Source: an uncultured Pseudomonadota bacterium (GTDB taxonomy: Bacteria; Myxococcota_A; Polyangia; Fen-1088). Taken from it: 64,000 nt of DNA. The notes under the pieces were generated by a model that was not told the origin of the DNA, did no database searches, and was given only the letters and a program-made list of their open reading frames with translations. Within the stretch, counting starts at the first letter, position 1, and the number at the start of each line of letters is the position of its first letter. Of the stretch, positions 59,133 to 64,000 are shown one piece after another. Position numbers and translations under genes: made by a program. The stretch is taken from assembly GCA_963847705.1 (NCBI GenBank), contig CAWKBC010000044.1, positions 1-64,000 of the forward strand, written 5' to 3'.

Positions 59133-59168
59133 GCACCGCACGCGCGAAGGGCCTCTCGCGTGCGGTGC
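59133..59168. terminator. 12-bp perfect hairpin after the ASST gene
   Basis: GCACCGCACGCG-N12-CGCGTGCGGTGC; no U-tract. Confidence 0.4.
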
Positions 59169-59269
59169 GCCGGCTTCACGACGAGCCGGCGATCGTCGGC
59201 GATAATGAGGCGTGTCTGACCCAAAAACGTGGCGTCTCGAAACCTGTTCGCAACAAGCGGAGCGATAGC

Positions 59270-60490
59270 GTGGCCGAGGACGGAGGCCCCATCGGTTCCT
59301 GGCAGACACTGGTCATCAACTCGGGCAGCTCGTCGCTGAAGTTCGCGCTCATCGAGGCGGGCTCGGGACGGGTCAGCCAGCAGGGGTTGGCGGAGCGACT
59401 CGGCACGCAGATGGCCCGTCTCCGCACGCACGGTCGCGACGGCGAGGGCGGTGAAACCGACGCGGAGAAGGCGCTCCCCGGGGCCGGGCACGCCGAGGCG
59501 CTGGAGGAGATCCTGGCGCAGCTCGGCAGCCGGCGACCGGACGCCGTCGGCCACCGGGTGGTCCACGGAGGGGAGACCTTCTCGCAGAGCGTGGTGCTCG
59601 ACGACGAGGTCGTGGAACGAATTCGCGCCTGCAACGATCTGGCGCCGCTGCACAACCCCGCCAACCTGCTGGGGATCGAGATCGCGCGCCGCCGATTTCC
59701 CACGCTGAAGCAGGTGGCGGTCTTCGACACCGCGTTTCACCAGACGTTGCCGCCCAGGGCCTTCATGTACGCCGTCCCCTACGAGCTGTACGAGCGCCAT
59801 CGCGTCCGCCGCTACGGATTCCACGGGACCAGCCACGCCTTCGTGGCGGGGGAGGCGGCGCAGCGGCTCGGCAAGCCGCTCGAGGAGCTCCAGCTGGTCA
59901 CCGCGCACCTGGGCAACGGCTGCAGCGCCTGCGCGATCAAGGGCGGACGCAGCGTCGACACCACCATGGGGCTCACGCCGCTGGAAGGGCTGGTGATGGG
60001 CAGCCGCAGCGGCGACGTCGACCCGAACCTGCATCAGTTCCTGGCCGACCAGACCGGCCAATCGCTCGCTCAGATCACCGATCTGCTCAACCGGGAGAGC
60101 GGCCTCTTGGGGCTCTCCGGGACCAGCAACGACATGCGCACCCTGCTGGACGCGCGCGGCCGCGGCGACGCGCGCGCCGCCCTGGCCATCGACGTCTTCT
60201 GTTATCGGCTGGCCAAGTCGCTGCTCGGGCTCTGCGCGGCGCTCGAACGGATCGACGCGCTGGTGTTCACGGGCGGCATCGGCGAGCACGCGGCGGCGAT
60301 CCGCGCCGAGACGCTGGCGCAGCTGCGCCTCCTCGGCCCGCTCGTCGACCCCGCGCGCAACGCCGCGCACGGCGCGGCGACCGCCGGCCGCATCACCGCC
60401 GATGGCTCGCCGCTGCTCTCGCTGGTGATTCCCACCAACGAAGAGCTGGTGATCGCCCGCGAGACCGCCCGCCTCCTCGATCACCCCTGA
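59270..60490 (+). CDS. ackA: Acetate kinase
   Basis: LVINSGSSSLK, GHRVVHGG, APLHN, FDTAFH, HLGNG, FTGGIGE, IPTNEE. Confidence 0.96.
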   Translation: MAEDGGPIGSWQTLVINSGSSSLKFALIEAGSGRVSQQGLAERLGTQMARLRTHGRDGEGGETDAEKALPGAGHAEALEEILAQLGSRRPDAVGHRVVHGGETFSQSVVLDDEVVERIRACNDLAPLHNPANLLGIEIARRRFPTLKQVAVFDTAFHQTLPPRAFMYAVPYELYERHRVRRYGFHGTSHAFVAGEAAQRLGKPLEELQLVTAHLGNGCSACAIKGGRSVDTTMGLTPLEGLVMGSRSGDVDPNLHQFLADQTGQSLAQITDLLNRESGLLGLSGTSNDMRTLLDARGRGDARAALAIDVFCYRLAKSLLGLCAALERIDALVFTGGIGEHAAAIRAETLAQLRLLGPLVDPARNAAHGAATAGRITADGSPLLSLVIPTNEELVIARETARLLDHP

Positions 60491-60511
60491 TTGCGCCCAG
60501 GAGCCTTCGCC

Positions 60512-62626
60512 ATGCCACACACGTTCTATCTGGTCCCGAGCGGAGGCGGCGTGGGCCTCACCTCACTGGCGCTGGGGTTGGTGCGGGCCCTCGACAACCG
60601 GGGAATCCGGGTGGCCTTCTTCAAACCGATCGGTCAGCCGGTCGGGCACGACACCGGCCCCGAGCGATCGACCTACTTCATCCGACGGCTCAGCCCGCTG
60701 ACGCCCGCCACCCCCATCTCGCTCGAAGAGGCCGGGCGGATGATCTTGGCCCGCCGCACCGACGACCTGCTGGAACGGGTCATGCGCGACTTTCACGTCT
60801 CGGCCGGCAACGCCGACGTGGTGGTGGTCGAAGGGCTGGTGGAGATGCGAGACAGCCTGAGCGCCTCCGACCTGAACCTGCAGCTGGTCCAGACCCTGAG
60901 CGCGCAGGTCATCATGGCCGGCTCGCTGGGGCAGACGCCGGTGGCGGAGTTCGAGGCGCGGCTGGAGCTGTCGGCCAACCCCTACGGAGGCTTCGGCGGC
61001 GCACGGGTGATCGGCTGCCTGGTGAACCGGGTCCCGATCCCGCTCGCCAAGGACGGTCCAATGCGAACCGCCCTGGTGCCCGAGGTGAGCCGCGCTTCCC
61101 TGCTCAGCAAGCCCGGGCTGAACGTGATCGGGGCCGTGCCGGAGAACCCCGAGCTCAACGCCTGTCGCACCATCGACCTGGCCGAGCATCTGCAGGCGGA
61201 GACGGTCCACGAAGGGGAGATGACCACCCGGCGGGTGAAGAAGGTGACGGTGCTGGCCAACACCGTGCCCAACCTGCTGGGAGCGCTGACCCCTGGGTCG
61301 GTGCTGATCACGCCCGGCGACCGCAGCGACGTGATCCTCGCGGTGGCGATGGCCGCCGCCAACAAGATTCCCGTCTCGGGTCTCATCCTCACCGGCGGGC
61401 TCGACCCGCCGCCCGCGCTCCTCGAGCTCTGCCGGCCGGCGCTGCAGACGGGATTGCCGATCCTGAAGGTCAAGTGGTCCACGCTGGAGATCGCCACCCG
61501 CCTCGGCCAGATGAGCACCGAGGTCCCGGTCGACGATCTCGAACGGGTTCAGCGGGCGATGGACTTCGTGGCCCAGCACATCGACGCCGATTGGCTGGCG
61601 CGGCACGCGCAGGTGCCGGTGGAGACCCGGATGTCGCCGGCCGCGTTCTGCTTCCGGCTGACCGAGCTGGCGCGCGCCGCCCACAAGCGGATCGTGCTGC
61701 CCGAGGGGACCGAACCGCGCACGGTGCGGGCCGCGGCCATCTGCGCCGAGCGCGGGATCGCCCGCTGCGTGCTGCTGGGAAACCCCGAGGAGGTGAGGCG
61801 GGTGGCCGCCGCGCAGGAGATCGAGCTGCCCGACGGCCTGGAGATCCTCGATCCCGCTGTGCTGCGGGCCAACTACGTCAATCCGCTGGTCGAGCTGCGC
61901 AAGCACAAGGGGCTGACCCCGCACGCCGCGGCCGACTACCTGGAGGACAGCGTCTGGCTGGGGACGGTGATGCTGGCCCTCGGCGAGGTGGACGGCTTGG
62001 TCTCCGGCGCCACCCATTCCACGGCCAACACCATCCGCCCCGCGCTGCAGATCATCAAGACCCGGCCGGGGGCCAAGGTGGTCTCGTCGATCTTCTTCAT
62101 GTGCCTGCCGGAGCAGGTGCTGGTCTACGGCGACTGCGCCGTGATCCCCGATCCCGACGCCGAGACGCTGGCCGACATCGCCATCCAGAGCGCCGACAGC
62201 GCCGCGCAGTTCGGGATCACGCCCCGGGTGGCGATGATCAGCTACTCCACCGGCGAGTCGGGCTCGGGCTCGGACGTCGACAAGGTGCGCGAGGCGACCC
62301 GGCTGGCGCACCTGCAGCGACCCGACCTGCTGGTCGACGGCCCGCTGCAGTACGACGCCGCCGCCATCGCCGAGGTCGCCGCCAGCAAGGCGCCCGGCAG
62401 CGCGGTCGCCGGGCGCGCCACCGTCTTCGTGTTCCCCGATCTGAACACCGGCAACACCACCTACAAGGCGGTGCAGCGCAGCGCCCACGTCATCAGCATC
62501 GGTCCCATGCTGCAGGGGATGCGCCGACCGGTGAACGATCTTTCGCGCGGCGCCCTGGTCGAGGACATCGTCTACACCATCGCGCTGACCGCCATCCAGG
62601 CCGACCAACCCGCGAGCGGTGTGTAG
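60512..62626 (+). CDS. pta: Phosphate acetyltransferase, long form
   Basis: FFKPI, TPGDRSD, RIVLPEG, DGPLQYDAA, FPDLNTGN, NDLSRG. Confidence 0.96.
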   Translation: MPHTFYLVPSGGGVGLTSLALGLVRALDNRGIRVAFFKPIGQPVGHDTGPERSTYFIRRLSPLTPATPISLEEAGRMILARRTDDLLERVMRDFHVSAGNADVVVVEGLVEMRDSLSASDLNLQLVQTLSAQVIMAGSLGQTPVAEFEARLELSANPYGGFGGARVIGCLVNRVPIPLAKDGPMRTALVPEVSRASLLSKPGLNVIGAVPENPELNACRTIDLAEHLQAETVHEGEMTTRRVKKVTVLANTVPNLLGALTPGSVLITPGDRSDVILAVAMAAANKIPVSGLILTGGLDPPPALLELCRPALQTGLPILKVKWSTLEIATRLGQMSTEVPVDDLERVQRAMDFVAQHIDADWLARHAQVPVETRMSPAAFCFRLTELARAAHKRIVLPEGTEPRTVRAAAICAERGIARCVLLGNPEEVRRVAAAQEIELPDGLEILDPAVLRANYVNPLVELRKHKGLTPHAAADYLEDSVWLGTVMLALGEVDGLVSGATHSTANTIRPALQIIKTRPGAKVVSSIFFMCLPEQVLVYGDCAVIPDPDAETLADIAIQSADSAAQFGITPRVAMISYSTGESGSGSDVDKVREATRLAHLQRPDLLVDGPLQYDAAAIAEVAASKAPGSAVAGRATVFVFPDLNTGNTTYKAVQRSAHVISIGPMLQGMRRPVNDLSRGALVEDIVYTIALTAIQADQPASGV

Positions 62627-62636
62627 GGGCGGCTGC

Positions 62637-63470
62637 ATGCGATTCTCCGTGCGCCACGAGACCCTCTACCAATACAGCGTCCCGGTCGTGCTCGCGCCGC
62701 ATCTCCTGCGCTTGACGCCGCGAGCGGAGCACCTGATCCGGTCACGGACGTTGGTGGTGCGGCCAGAGCCCCTCGAACGTCACGAGGAATACGACGCCTA
62801 CGGCAATCAGGTCGCGCGTCTGACGTTCTCGAACCAGGCCACGCAGGAGCTCAGCATCGAGAGCCGCTTCGAGCTGGAGACGTTGCCGCCACGCCCCGCC
62901 TCCGGAACCTCCGAGCGACTGCCCTGGCCCCGGCCTCCGGCCGGGGAGCTGGCGGTGTACCGACCGGGAGATGCCAGCGTCGATCCGGCCGTGCGCGCCT
63001 TTGCCTGGGAGATGGCCGCGGAGGTCGGACACCAGCCGCTGGCGTTCCTCGATCACCTCTGCCGAACCATCCATGCCCGCGCCGACAAGCAGATCCGGAC
63101 GGCGGGCGACGCGCAAGCGTCCGCGGACACGCTGGCCAGCTGGCAGGGCGCCTGCCGCGATTTCACGGTTCTGTTCCTGGAGGCGGCGCGCAGCCTGGGG
63201 ATGCCCGCTCGCTTCTGCAGCGGCTATCAGGCGGCCGCCGAGACGCCGGACGGCCGTCGCTATCTGCATGCGTGGCCCGAGGTGTTCCTGCCGGGCCTTG
63301 GGTGGCGCGGCTGGGATCCCACCCACGGCGTCCCCGCGGGCGAGGGGCACGTGGCGCTGTGCGCAGCCCCCGACCAGGCGGAGACCATGCCGGTGGTCGG
63401 CGGCTTCTACTTTTCTGGTTCTTCCCTCACGTCGACCCTCGACTTCGACCTGCGCATCACCACGACGTGA
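62637..63470 (+). CDS. Transglutaminase-like protein
   Basis: GACRDF (Cys), LHAWPEV (His), WDPT (Asp). Confidence 0.9.
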   Translation: MRFSVRHETLYQYSVPVVLAPHLLRLTPRAEHLIRSRTLVVRPEPLERHEEYDAYGNQVARLTFSNQATQELSIESRFELETLPPRPASGTSERLPWPRPPAGELAVYRPGDASVDPAVRAFAWEMAAEVGHQPLAFLDHLCRTIHARADKQIRTAGDAQASADTLASWQGACRDFTVLFLEAARSLGMPARFCSGYQAAAETPDGRRYLHAWPEVFLPGLGWRGWDPTHGVPAGEGHVALCAAPDQAETMPVVGGFYFSGSSLTSTLDFDLRITTT

Positions 63471-63626
63471 ACGCGGCCTGACTTGACCGTGATGGTGACC
63501 GCGATTCGCCAGGCCCTGGGCCTGCAGGTGCGGTCCGCCGCATCTCTCGAGACGGCCACCCCGCGGCCTGCGCCGACCTCAGTCCTTCATTGATATCGCC
63601 GGCCTGATCCCCGAAGGTGGACGCGG

Positions 63627-63830
63627 ATGCCGCGCAAAGGAAGTCACGCCGACGACGGTGCCGCCAAGACGCCTGCTGCGCCAAAGCGACACAGCCGCCC
63701 TGCGACCGGAGTCTCGTTTTTCGTGATGATTGCCCTCGCCTGTCTGGCGACGCTCCTGGTGATTCTCTGGACGGTCCGCACCTCCCAGGAGAAGAGAGGG
63801 CACGTGGGTCCCTCCGGCTTCCGCATGTGA
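63627..63830 (+). CDS. Small single-TM hypothetical protein
   Basis: Hydrophobic segment VSFFVMIALACLATLLVILW. Confidence 0.4.
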   Translation: MPRKGSHADDGAAKTPAAPKRHSRPATGVSFFVMIALACLATLLVILWTVRTSQEKRGHVGPSGFRM

Positions 63831-63842
63831 GAGCGGGCCGGT

Positions 63843-64000
63843 CTAGAGCTTGAGCTGGCGGAGGTCCGGCAGCGCCGTCAGCTCGGTTCTCGTCGCTTCG
63901 AGCTCGACCAGCAGGCGCTCCAGCTGGCCGGCCAGCAGCTCGATCCGGAAATCACCGGGAGGACCTTTCCGACAGGTCGAGACCTTCTCCAGTCCCTTGC
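63843..64000 (-). CDS. C-terminal end of a hypothetical gene entering from the window edge
   Basis: Open frame ...ELLAGQLERLLVELEATRTELTALPDLRQLKL*. Confidence 0.45.
   Translation of the reverse strand, partial: KGLEKVSTCRKGPPGDFRIELLAGQLERLLVELEATRTELTALPDLRQLKL

Overview
GC-rich bacterial window, most likely Myxococcota (a MYXO-CTERM-like tail, several sigma54-type promoters). Bases 1-4340 are the right end of an integrative mobilizable element. It carries a pTF-FC2/IncQ2-like five-gene mob module (relaxase, MobB, oriT, MobC, MobD, MobE), an excisionase-like HTH gene and a tyrosine integrase. The integrase ends just upstream of an intact tRNA-Gly(CCC), which suggests integration at the tRNA 5' end. 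Downstream is a mosaic accessory region: two-component systems, a MoxR/Bat operon, two inverted paralogous glucose dehydrogenase-GMC oxidoreductase-MFS clusters, a diguanylate cyclase, an orphan Pal with an HK/NtrC pair, xth, an Agd3-like deacetylase beside a clan GH-A glycosidase, and several gene remnants. The right part holds a CPA2 antiporter, cydA followed by an in-frame CydB-NDH-2 fusion (the most striking feature), an AraC regulator, an RsbRST stressosome operon, an arylsulfotransferase-like gene, ackA-pta and a transglutaminase. Four single-base frameshifts may be sequencing errors. All calls come from reading motifs by eye; no database searches were run.
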